Positions 11,691 through 22,469 of a stretch of DNA of 64,000 nucleotides are shown here, piece after piece. Every line of letters starts with the position of its first letter. Within the stretch, counting starts at the first letter, position 1. Origin of the DNA: Octopus vulgaris. Lineage: Eukaryota. Under the pieces are notes generated by a model. That model saw only the letters and a program-made list of their open reading frames with translations. It searched no databases and was not told the origin of the DNA. The translations under genes were made by a program, and so were the position numbers. The stretch is from NCBI GenBank assembly GCA_951406725.2, contig OX597833.1, forward strand, positions 33,356,001 to 33,420,000. The letters are read 5' to 3'.

Positions 11691-11880
11691 CTGCTATAAA
11701 TAGCAGTCAAATCTCCCTCAAATCACACCCTACTCTCTGTCAAAATAAAGGAAAGCCACATGAGATAATCTAGTCCTAGATGTACTGACAATAAAATAAG
11801 ATGGGATTGTCCTAACTTGAATACCTTTGAATACAGATTTGCTGGATCAAGATTGATCTGAGTCTAAATAACAACAAATA
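11691..11880 (+). repeat. Dispersed SINE-like repeat with (AAC)n tail
   Basis: Core ctgctagaaatagcagccaaatctccctcaaatcacaccctact...ctaaacaacaac recurs at about 29850, 44300, 45130, 53395, 61860, 62145, 63390 and 63955, and inverted at about 10740-10920 and 27380-27600. Confidence 0.65.
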
Positions 11881-12204
11881 CAGGCTTTATAATTTTGAGA
11901 ATTGAAATATATCTTATTAGTTTGGTCAGGCAGATGGACCTGTGTTCAAGGAATTTGGAGGTGCTCTGAGATTAGGAGAAGAAAATTTAAGAAGGCTGAC
12001 ATTCTGGAGAGGAAAGAGTGTTTGTGCATGGCTACAGATGAGTGAGTTAGGAACACCTGAGAAAATAGCAAAGGAACAGAAATTTCTATTGAACTTAGGT
12101 CACTGTGGTAGAGGTAGATAAGTCAAAGAGACAGGAAACAGCACATCTATTAGAGGTTAGGGTGTGCTGACAGTGAAATCAAATTCGACTCAAAATTCGT
12201 TTAA

Positions 12205-13061
12205 CCCTTTAGCATTTAAACCGGCCATATCCAGCCCAAATATTCAACCTGGCATCTTGAGAGAAAAGCTGGGCATAAGAGGCATCAGATGTGGCATGCA
12301 AGAGAGACAATTGCACTAGTATGGTCATGTGATGGATGAGGACAGCCATGTAAAAAAGTGCCAATTTCTCTAACTGTGGAAGAGGTATACACAGGAGGGC
12401 ATGGAACAAGGTGGTGAAGCATGATCTTCGAATGTTGGGCTTCACAGAAGTAATGACAAGTGACCGAGACCTTTGGCAATGTGACATTTGACAAGAGTCA
12501 TCAAGCCAAGTGAAATCATAGTCATGGCCGAGGCTGGTGTCACATAACAGGCACCCATGCCAGTAGCACATAAAAAGCACCCTTTGAACATTGGATCTCA
12601 TGGAGGCGATAAGTGACTGAGACCTTTGGTGATATGCCATGCTTGAAAAGATTCGTCAAGCCAAGTGAAACTGTAGTTGTGGCCGATGCCAGTGTCACAC
12701 AGCTTGCACCCATGCCAGTGGCATATGAAAAGCACCCATTACACTCTTGAAATGGTTGGTGTAAGGAAGAGCATTCAGTCGTAGAAACCATGCCAAATCA
12801 GACTGGAACCTGGCACAGCTCTCCAACTACCAGTTTTAGTCAAACCATCTAACCCATGCCAGCATGGAGAGCAGATGCTAAATGATGATGATAATTTATG
12901 TTTAAACTGGCCAGATCAAACTTCTCACACCTACCCAACATTGTTATTTTAGAAATAAACAATTACATCATCAAAACCACAAAGCTGCAGGATTAATTCA
13001 AAGTAATGTGAATAAAAAAAAAAAACATTACATTTGACAAAGTAATCCAAACATTAAAGGG
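12205..13061. mobile_element. TTAA-flanked (piggyBac-type) MITE split by an RTE 3' fragment (about 12252-12894, +)
   Basis: Left part ttaa|ccctttagcatttaaaccggccat and right part ...ttaaaggg|ataa join to match the intact 220-bp copy at 55919-56138. Confidence 0.8.
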
Positions 13062-13409
13062 ATAAAATAAGTTGTTTGCTGGAAGGGCCAGGGGTATTAC
13101 CTTTCTTAGAAATTTGATATTCTATAGCATATTTCTATAGAACTAAGAAGATCACAGAAGAGAAAAGGAGAGATTGAATATGAGCTACCTCTGAAGCCCA
13201 TTGTAATGTGCTCAAGTAAGTGGTGATGAGCATAGTGAAATGGAAAGGGACAACTTTAGATGAGACCAACCTAGCATGTGCAGCATGTTGGTAGGCAGCA
13301 AATGTGGGGGTTTTCTTTGCAGGAATGCCTATAACTGAACCATCAGTTGGCAAAGATTCTATTAACAAGGGAACAAAAGGAGCAGCTGCAGTTTGGGAGG
13401 TAAGAGAGC

Positions 13410-14656
13410 TTGTGGAAGATAGATTTTGTATGTGGCAGATGCTCAGGAGCAATAAACATTGAAAATGTGCAGAGAACAACTTGTGCTACATTCCAGGGAG
13501 AAAAACTAGAAGTAGTTGATAGCTTCCATTACCTAGGTGACCAAGTCAGTAGTGGGGGTGGGTGCTCTGAAAGTGTAGCTGCTAGAATAAAAATAGCCTG
13601 GGCAAAGTTCAGAAAGCTCCTACCTCTGCTGATGACAAAGGGCCTCTTTCTCAGAGTAAAAGGTAGATTGTATGATAGATGTGTACGGACAGCCATGCTA
13701 CATGGCAGTGAAACATGGGCCGTGACTGCTGAGGACATGCATAAGCTTGCAAGGAATGAAGCCAGTATGCTCCGCTGGATGTGTAATGTCAGTGTGCATA
13801 CTCGACAGAGAGTAAGTACCTTGAGAGAAAAGTTGGATCTAAGAAGCATCAGATGTGGTGTGCAAGAGAGATGACTGTGTTGGTATGGTCATATGGTGAA
13901 AATGGATGAGAATAGCTGTGTGAAGAAGTGTCACACCCTAGTGGTTGAGGGAACCTGTGGAAGAGGTAGACTCAGGGAGACCTGGGATGAGGTGGTGAAG
14001 CATGACCTTTGAACATTAGGCCTCACTAGTGACCGAGACCTTTGGAAATATGCTGTGCTTGAGAAGACACAGCAAACCAAGTGAGATCATAACCCGTGGC
14101 CTATGCCAGTGCTGTAACCAGCCCACTTATGCGTACTTTTCCTTCACTGGACACTATACTCTGCTTGCAAAGACCTGTTGAGGCAAGTAAAATCAAAATC
14201 GAAGTCAAATTCGATGACAGCACCGCATGACTGGCATCCATGCTAGTGGAGTGCTAAGAGTACCATCTAAACGTGATCGTTGCCAGGGCCGCTGACTGGC
14301 TTCTGTGCCTGTGGCATGTAAAACACCATTTGAGCATGATCCTTACCAGTGTCACCTTACTGGCACTTGAAAAACAACATTCAAGCGAGGTCATTGCCAG
14401 TACTGCTGGAATGGCTTCTGTGCAGGTGGCATGTAAAAAACACCATTTGAGCATGGCCATTGTCAGTACCGTCTGACTGGCCCTCGTGCCGGTGGCATGT
14501 AAAAGCACCCACTACACACTCAGAGTGGTTGGCGTTAGGAAGGGCATCCAGCTGTAGAAACTCTGCCAGATCAGACTGGAGCTTGGTGCAGCCATCTGGC
14601 TCGCCAGTCCTCAGTCAAACTGTCCAACACCTGCCAACATGGAAAGCGGACGTTAA

Positions 14657-14693
<37 letters not shown>
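13410..14693 (+). mobile_element. 5'-truncated RTE-LINE (RT C-terminus, 3'UTR, (GAT)n tail)
   Basis: ORF EVVDSFHYLGDQ...KGRLYDRCVRTAMLHGSETW is nearly identical to 31905-32579. Long gatgatgat tail. Confidence 0.92.
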
Positions 14694-15259
14694 GAGACAT
14701 ACTTCAGAAAATGGTTTTGCAAGAATTTGTTGAGTAAAACATGTCTAGTTTGTAAGTTTGGATTAAGTTCTCCAAGCACTGTAGATCATTTTCATTGAAT
14801 GAAATGCTACAGCACAGATGAAAACAAACCACTGGAAAAATGGATTTCAGTTCATGTTTTAATTATGTGCTAGATGTGGAAAGGCATGTCAAAGAAGATG
14901 GTTCCACACTCTTCTTTAAAATGTGCGAGATGCACCATTATCATCATCTTGAACTTCCAACTCATTCAACTTCATATTAGTAACTGCATTTCCAACTCAT
15001 ACAGATTAAAAAGATGACAATAAATAATGGACACATTACTATCCATGATAAACTATTCCAGAAGATGGTATGGCCATGGTTGGAAAGGCCTTTCATCTAA
15101 AATCTCTTTTACTTGGGTTGACCTGAGGATAAACAGGTTAACAAGTAAATGCATAGAGAGAGGGGGAAGAGTGAAAGGGGGCAAGAGTGAGAGAGAGAGA
15201 ATGCTATACAGATATGATGTCACATACAAACATACACAAACCAGAATAAAAATACTAAC

Positions 15260-15469
15260 CAGAATAGCAGGATCAGCTACAGATGACCTTCCAAAGAGCC
15301 GATATTTTGCTAAGGCAACACCAAATCTGTGCGCATTCTCAGGACTCAGGATTTTCACAGCTGGCATCACAAACTGGCTGTAGAACTTCTCATTTCCCTG
15401 ATATATTGAGATGCCTGAGAAGCAAACCATTCCTCCCGTGACAATGACAGCAACTTCTCGAAGTTGCTT
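15260..15469 (-). CDS. DHODH: DHODH exon 2 (210 nt)
   Basis: ttttatag|AAG CAA CTT...ATT CTG|gttagt. Translates KQLREVAVIVTGGMVCFSGISIYQGNEKFYSQFVMPAVKILSPENAHRFGVALAKYRLFGRSSVADPAIL (membrane anchor and PExAH quinone-site helix). Confidence 0.95.
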
Positions 15470-16529
15470 CTATAAAAGTAACAAAGAAAAGAAATTTTAA
15501 AAAAAGGGATCTTGAGAAAGTTTTTAAAAATTCATTCAAAAATGATTATTTTCTATGCTTTTTTCTGATAATGTTAGATGATTTTTGGTTTTTAATGAAT
15601 TTTGTTGTAATCATTATGTTAAATCCCTCCTCAGCTGATACATTATAACTTTGTATAGTGCTAGGTCAGCTCTGACTGAGGGATCCTATGGCATAGGAAA
15701 CAAGTAAACATGACCCAAAGGTCAGTTTTCCAGATATACCTTATCTTTTGCCTATCTCTTGTCAGCATACTCTCTGATATAGTGATGAATCACATGAGTA
15801 CCAGTGTGGCAAACAGAGTGGCAGTCTCTCCACTAACCAGTCTATTTCCATACACCTTGGGTGGTGGTCACAGCAAAAGTAGATGAAGTGAACATGATCA
15901 GAATGTGACAGTTGCAGTGTGTATACCTACACAATTTGTAAGTTAAGAGATATTTTTTCATAGTGTGCCCCTTGCTTGTCTGGGTGGAAAAAGCTGTTTG
16001 TTTTGTGTTCTGTTTATGGGATGTGTAACAGTTTTCTGAAGCACTTGTGTTGAAATGTCTGGATTCTTCATTCCATGTCAGCTGTAAGAGGCCAGCTCTC
16101 ACAAACATATTAAAAGGATGTGTTATAATACTATTCCACATATACAAAAACAGTCATACCAACAATCCAACATACCTCCATCATCAGCTATCCCATGGAT
16201 ATCATTATAGTTTCAACACCTGGGCAGTACCATTCAATCCGGCGGTGTCAGCAGCACTAAAATAAGTGTTGTTTGGGAACAAAAATACCAAAGAAACCAC
16301 AACTTTCAAACACATTTACCCTATGTACAACAGTATTGGTAAATAAATTCAATAAGTAAATCAATAACCAACAGCTAAATATGTAACTAAACAGCAACCA
16401 AACCTTTAAGTCATGCATTTTATTCCCTACAATCTTCCATAGTATAATATAAAAGTGAAAGCTTATAGCCACATTCATTCAATCTAAATATAGGCAGGGT
16501 TAAACATTATATATATATATATATATATA

Positions 16530-17192
16530 TTGGGTCATCTCATAAATAATGGGTTTTTTTCAATTGCATGAACTAAAAGTTGAGGGAGACAGGATAAACT
16601 ACCTGCATCAACTTGCTATAAAAACAGGTAGTAATTTTACCTTGTGCTTATTTTTAATGCAAGTTTAGAAGAGTGCAGTTCGATTTTAACAGTTATTTTT
16701 TCAAAGCTATAATGGAAGTGACAAAGGAGCATATTCAGCATATTTTGCTTTATAAGGCAACAACGCAAACTGAAAGTGTGAGAAATATTAATGCAGTATG
16801 TGGGAATCAGACAATAAGCGTAAGCCAGTGTCAGCAGTGGTTCCAGAAATTCTGAGCCAGAAACTACAGCCACATACAGTGAGGATGATATTCCAAAGAC
16901 TGGAGCAGATTGAATGGGAAACAATGTCTCACCCACCATATTTGCCGGACATTGTCCCATCTGATTATCATTTATTCCACAATCTTCAAAATCATTTGGA
17001 TGGAAAACATGAATTCTGTAGATGAGGTCAGAACAGTATTGGAGGAATATCTTACATTATGGACAAGTGAATTTAGGAAGAGGAGCCTAGTAAGTCTACC
17101 AAATAAATGGAAGAGCATTGTAGAAAAAGGAGAGAATATTTTAGATTAAAAAAGAACTTTGTTTATCTTAATTTTGAAAAATAAAAGAATAA
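16530..17192 (+). mobile_element. Internally deleted mariner-family DNA transposon
   Basis: TA|TTGGGTCATC left end. Peptides MEVTKEHIQHILLY...CQQWFQKF and HPPYLPDIVPSDYHLF (mariner YSPDLAPSD motif). The right TIR was not found. Confidence 0.85.
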
Positions 17193-17394
17193 TCAGCCAA
17201 AATTGCGAGGATAATCTGGTGCTTGACTGAGGAAAGAAAACTTCGAATGAGCCGTCCTTGTTTTCTTTGTATCGTTTATCTTGAGGTTTTTTGTCCCTTT
17301 TTGTATCACCTACCTGTCCGGATGTTTTGCGTTCTTGTCCCATTTTGTATTTTTGATATATATATATATATGTGTGTGTGTGTGTATACTTTTC

Positions 17395-17765
17395 TTTTAT
17401 TCTTTTACTTGTTTCAGTCATTGGACTGCAGCCATGCTGAAGCACTGCCTTGAAAGGTTTTAGCCAAACAAATTGACTCCAGGACTTACTTCTTAAGCCT
17501 AGTACTTATTTTGTTGGTCTCTTTTGTTGAACCACTAAAAACACCAATGCTGGTTGTCAACTGATGATGGGGGAACAAATACACATAGTTATATACATAT
17601 ATATATGACAAGGCTCTTTCAGTTTTCATCTACCAAATCCACTTACAAGGCCTTGTCAGTCCAAGAGTATAGTAGAAGACACTTGCCCAAGGTGCCACGT
17701 AGTGGGACTGAACCTGGAATCGTGCCATTGGGAAGCAAGCTTCATACTACAAAGCCATGCCAGAG
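17395..17765 (-). mobile_element. tRNA-derived SINE
   Basis: Reverse complement of the family at 25579-25921. Confidence 0.8.
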
Positions 17766-17792
17766 TCCAGTCAGCACAAACACACATATATA

Positions 17793-18508
17793 CAGGGTGT
17801 GATGGGTAAATTGCACCATTCACTCTGCCAGAAATTTGGAAACGGCATGCTGTGCTGCTTGACATTCATGCCAGAAGCTCCAGTACAAACATTTCAGACG
17901 GTTGGGTGTCAACCTGAGTCCTCAAAACATGTACCAAGAGCAATAAAAATCAAAGATCCAGTCAACATCATGGTTGAGTGATCACTAGTGATGGTGATGT
18001 TATGCCTCCATTCATCTTCCAAAACGGCCTCAGACTCAACACGGAGGCCTTCATCAAGTGCCTGGAGGAGGTAGTGCTACCCTGGGTCAAGAGGCTGGCT
18101 GCTGGAAGACCCTATGTCTGGCAACAGGACTTTGCACCATGCCACACAATCATAGCTGTTAGACAATTTCTGTGACCACATCACGTCTAACATCTGGCTA
18201 CCTGACTCCCTAGACTGCAATCCCCTTGATTATTATGTGTGGGGTGCAGTTGAGCAAGAGACCAACAAAACTCCTTGTAACACCAAAGATGAACTGAAGG
18301 CAAAGATTAAGGCAGCATTCATCAACTTAAACAAGGAGACTGTCCAGAAAAGCTGCAGGAGATTCTAAAGTCGTCTGGAGACTGTGGTTGAAGTCAATGG
18401 CGATTTTATTAAATTAATTTACTCTTTAGTATTTCAAGATATTTTTGTGTAATTTTGGTAAATATATCTGTTAAAATGAGATTTTTGTGTAATTTAGATG
18501 ACACTTTA
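17793..18508 (+). mobile_element. Tc1/mariner-superfamily (maT-like) transposon relic
   Basis: TA|CAGGGTG left end and a degenerate right end followed by TA. Peptides RPYVWQQDFAPCHT and IWLPDSLDCNPLDYYVWGAVE. Confidence 0.85.
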
Positions 18509-19174
18509 TATATCTATATATATAAAACTCAACTTGTGTGTCTAACTTCCTGGCACATCTCTTCCAAGCCAACAAATCATAGAACCACCAAAAATGGGTC
18601 ACTTAAAGTTTAGGTGAATGAAAATTGAACTGCGCTATTTCTGTTCTGAAATTCATCTCGCAGGTGCAAAAATCGATAATGTGTTTGTTTAGGCCTTATC
18701 CCATGCATTGAATAGTGAACTTTTACTTAGTCAGCTGTTTGACGTGAACTGTGTTCACCACGTGTGCAAGCATGCGTAAATTGCATGAAAAATAAAAAAT
18801 CAAGATATAAAAACGAATTGCTGTAAACATTGTAGAAATTCGGGAAAGAAATGAATTTTCGGGATGTAGCCTGGAGGGTTTTTTCGTATTGTTTGGACCT
18901 TGTGAACACATACCAATTGTTTTCATAACATTTTTAACGCTTTGAATTAAATGTGACCATTTTGCATTGAGTCTGCAGTTTGAATCACTTTAACCAAATT
19001 TTAGTAGGCCGGATTTTTCATCATCACGATACATCACCAGCAACTCCCTGAAACTCTCCCCTGAAATCCCCATTGAGAAATCTATATATATAAAACTCAA
19101 CTCGTGTGTCTGTGTGTTTAACTTTTGGATCTACCAAGTTTCATTATTAAGGATGGGAAGTAGTGTGTAGCAAA

Positions 19175-19176
19175 TC

Positions 19177-19207
<31 letters not shown>

Positions 19208-19580
19208 CTGAAGTTGTCTGTGTGTGGCAGGTTTGGTAGCCTTCAACTAACGCTATCGCTTTCAAGACCCAGCAGCGCAAGTTGACCAAAATTGAGAGTA
19301 TGATAGAAGAAGGCTTGCTCTTCATTCTGTAGAAGATATAATTCAAATCGGACCATGTTAACACCAAAAATTATTTACATCAAAAAGGTGCTTTTTTTCT
19401 ATGAAAATCCCTATTTTTTACGATTTTTGACTGCTGTGTCACCATTTTTCGGTGTATTTCAACTGGAAAAATGTTCACTTGAAGAGAATAACAAGTTGCA
19501 TAATGCAAAATTTTTACTTTTCAAAAATTCCAATTCTAAAGGGTCGAAACAAACCCAAGCAACACCGGGTGATACTGCTA

Positions 19581-19581
<1 letters not shown>
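19175..19581 (+). mobile_element. Non-autonomous Helitron
   Basis: A|TCTATATA... start. End acccaagcaacaccgggt-gatactgCTAG|T is similar to the terminus of 8873-9857. Confidence 0.8.
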
Positions 19582-19613
<32 letters not shown>

Positions 19614-19917
19614 GACTGGTTTCTTTCAGTTTCTGCCAACCAAATCCACCTAAAAGTCAAGTCTTGTGGGCTGCGGGCTCACAGCTACAGAAGGCACTTA
19701 CTCATGATGCTATGCAGTGGGACTGAACATGAAATCATGTAGTTAGGAAGCAAGCTTCTTAACTACAGAGCTATGCCTGCACCTATTTGTTTTAAGTTAT
19801 GTTGCTGAGAGTGATAGTTGTATTCCATATTCTTGGGTTACTGGTTAGAAGAATCACAATGGATTTAACAGAAGCTATTTGTTTTGAAGTAAGGATTTTT
19901 AGGTTGTTCATTCAGAG

Positions 19918-20150
19918 CAGTGGTTCTCAACTGGGGTCCATATAAGATTTTATTAAAATTTACGTTCAATAAGTTGGTCATACTTCTAGAGTACACAAAA
20001 TATTTTAATTTCTTTAAACAATTCCAAATAGTATTTAATTATAAAAATGCAGTAGGATTTTTTTTATATTCACTGAATGGTTATGGATGTCCAGTAGAGT
20101 AAAATGGGAATCAAAGGGGTCCACAGGTAAAAAATAGTTGAGAACCACTG
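19918..20150. mobile_element. hAT (Charlie-like) MITE
   Basis: Perfect 14-bp TIR CAGTGGTTCTCAAC/GTTGAGAACCACTG. The 8-bp flanks attcagag and atgtagag are a degenerate TSD. Confidence 0.88.
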
Positions 20151-22069
20151 ATGTAGAGCTAGAGCACAGCTGCCTCTGGAGAAATAGTCAAAGGATGAAT
20201 AATGTTATCCACAAATGGCACGTTATGTGTTTTGAAATGAAGGAGGTTATGTAAAAATAACTAAGGAAGTTACTGTAGATAATTCAACTATATTATGCAA
20301 CCATCACACATCTTAAACAGGGACCTTGAATTATTTCTTCGTTTTTTATCTAAAAAGCTACAGCTCTAATTCTTTAGAGTATAGCTTAGGGTGAGTGGAC
20401 ATAAGTACAGAAGTGTGCTCCGCCCACCACATAACGTTCTTTAAAATGCACGTTTTTTGGGGTTCTTTTTTTCCTTGAAATTTTCCACATGCATTTTCAA
20501 CACTGATAACAGACAAAATAGAAAAAAGAATTTTCATTGTTTTCATTTAGAATATCATTGCCTCCACAAACACACGTGCGGGACTTGTTTTAGTGAAATA
20601 TTCCAGGAATACGCTTTTTTTTTCTTTTTTTTTTTCTTCAAAATTTAATCACGATATTCATACATAACACCCTCGAAAAGGTATCTCAGGTAAATGTTAT
20701 TATAAAATATGCATTTTAAAGAAAGTTACGAGAATACTAAGTTGGTTGGACACTTCTGCACAAAAGTATAAAAATGTGCTTTCACTGACAATGTTTCCCA
20801 AAAACAAAGTTTGTTTTTCAAAGTTTTATCAAGATAATCGGAATCTACACCCTCGAAAACTTCTCTGGAAACTCTCATTTAAAATCTATGCATTTAACAA
20901 AGTCCCTGAAAGTGTAGAATGTTTCTAAACATAACACTTTTTTCCCAGTATGTTCTGATCTACTCCACTTAGAATTGTATCTGGAAAATTGCCTTAAAAT
21001 GTATGCACTTTTAATAAAGTTATTGGGGAACAAAGAGGAGATGGGACAACACTTCAGTGGTTATGCCAGATGATTCGGATATCTGGTGTGTTAGGGTTGG
21101 TTTAGAGATAAGATCGATCAATAAATAGAATAGATTAACTTTCCTCAAGCCCTTTACGAGCGCGCCAAGTAAACAATGCCCAAATATTGCACGCACCTTC
21201 ACTTCTGCAAAAGATCAGTAGTGAAGGACAAACATTTATAATGACCTGCCACAGTTTGATTTTAATTATCAAATTAGAACCCATTCAATTTATTTTAATA
21301 ATACTATTGGAGAAGAGACAGGAATGTCAATTTTTTTCTAATTTTCCTCATCCAAAAGTGTAAAAAAAAAATCTATTTCTGTCTATGGGTGTGAACGTTT
21401 TCCACTACACAAAGTGAGGAACCCTCAAGTTAGTTACCTGCTGTTTTATTATTAGAATTTAAAGTATATTGTTATTTTGTTATTTGGACTACTCTGTTTA
21501 AATATCGAGTATCTTGTTGAGATTTTAGATTGTTTGGGGAGGAAGTTTTTTTTTAATGTTTAGGAACAAGACCATCAGGTGTTTTGTGATCACTAAGGTG
21601 TCAGCCTAGCCTAGGCAACCTTGTTGATTATGCAACGATGTTTCGATTGCCGATTTTGCTTAGAATGTATGTTTTATCAAAAGGAAAGAAGAAATCAAAA
21701 TCATTATTCGAAACCAATTAACGGGGTACGGGGGAGAAAAAAAGCGTTAAAATTGTAGTTCTTTTGAAGTGGGGCGAACAATGAAAAAATAAGTCTTTTT
21801 AAGTTAGTCAGTCATCTCTTCTACACTACAAAGTCGATTTTAAACTCCAAAGCATGCATTTAAACTTCGAAACACGGTGCTCCAACAAAATGAATTATAT
21901 AACTCGCTTTTTCGTTTCGCCTAATCTATTTGACATTCGGTAAATTAAAATTTTGACGGGAGCAAAGTCTTCTGGTAAGATGAATATAACTAAGAATGCC
22001 AAAACCCATCCCTAGAAATTAAATCTTGAACATGATTTAGCTTACTTGCGACAATCTTAATTAACTTAC

Positions 22070-22099
22070 GATAACATGGGTCCATTGACTGGAAACCAT
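22070..22099 (-). CDS. DHODH: DHODH exon 1 coding part (30 nt, MVSSQWTHVI)
   Basis: ATG GTT TCC AGT CAA TGG ACC CAT GTT ATC|gtaagt. Phase 0 joins exon 2 in frame, and it lies in a locally CpG-rich promoter-like stretch. Being short, it is assigned by splice signal, phase and position only. Confidence 0.72.
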
Positions 22100-22412
22100 C
22101 GTGCCGACGACGAACTTCGTTGGAACCACGTTCGATTAAGAGCACATGCGCAATTAAAAACTAATTTAGCCGATAAGGCATCTTACGGTATTGAAAACGG
22201 GAATTTTATTTATTCTGTTTTCTTTTTAAAGGAGAAGATAAAAGGATAAGAATATTTCATTATTGATAAGTATAGGCTCCATATAAATATGAGACTTATA
22301 CTTAATGAAAAAAAAACAAGGAATAATAATCGTCGGTAATGGTCCTTGTGAAAGCTCATATTGTGTAAATATGAGAAGCGGTCTCAAGACAGTTGCACGT
22401 GTATAATCAGAC
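22100..22412. promoter_or_regulatory. Shared 5'UTR/bidirectional promoter region of DHODH and MPHOSPH6
   Basis: 313 bp between divergent ATGs, with local CpG enrichment. NRF1-like GCACATGCGCA at 22142-22152 and E-box CACGTG at 22396-22401. Confidence 0.7.
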
Positions 22413-22469
22413 ATGGCAGCCGCTGATATGAAGAAGACTAAATTGTCTAAAGCAGTTCTTGGTTTAAAG
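22413..22469 (+). CDS. MPHOSPH6: M-phase phosphoprotein 6 (nuclear exosome cofactor MPP6) exon 1
   Basis: MAAADMKKTKLSKAVLGLK|gttaga matches the MPP6 N-terminal KTKLSKxxLxMKFMQR motif. Confidence 0.92.

Noticed and set aside
17192-17265. Another hammerhead-like motif (CTGAGGA-aag/ctt-CGAA)
   Set aside because: I could not find stem I or an intact GAAA/NUH, and there is no second copy to reconstruct it from.
21195-21228. Short hairpin ccttcact.ctg/cag.agtgaagg in a CpG-containing intronic stretch, considered as a snoRNA or other ncRNA
   Set aside because: No convincing C/D or H/ACA boxes, and a 12-bp imperfect stem is expected by chance in 64 kb.
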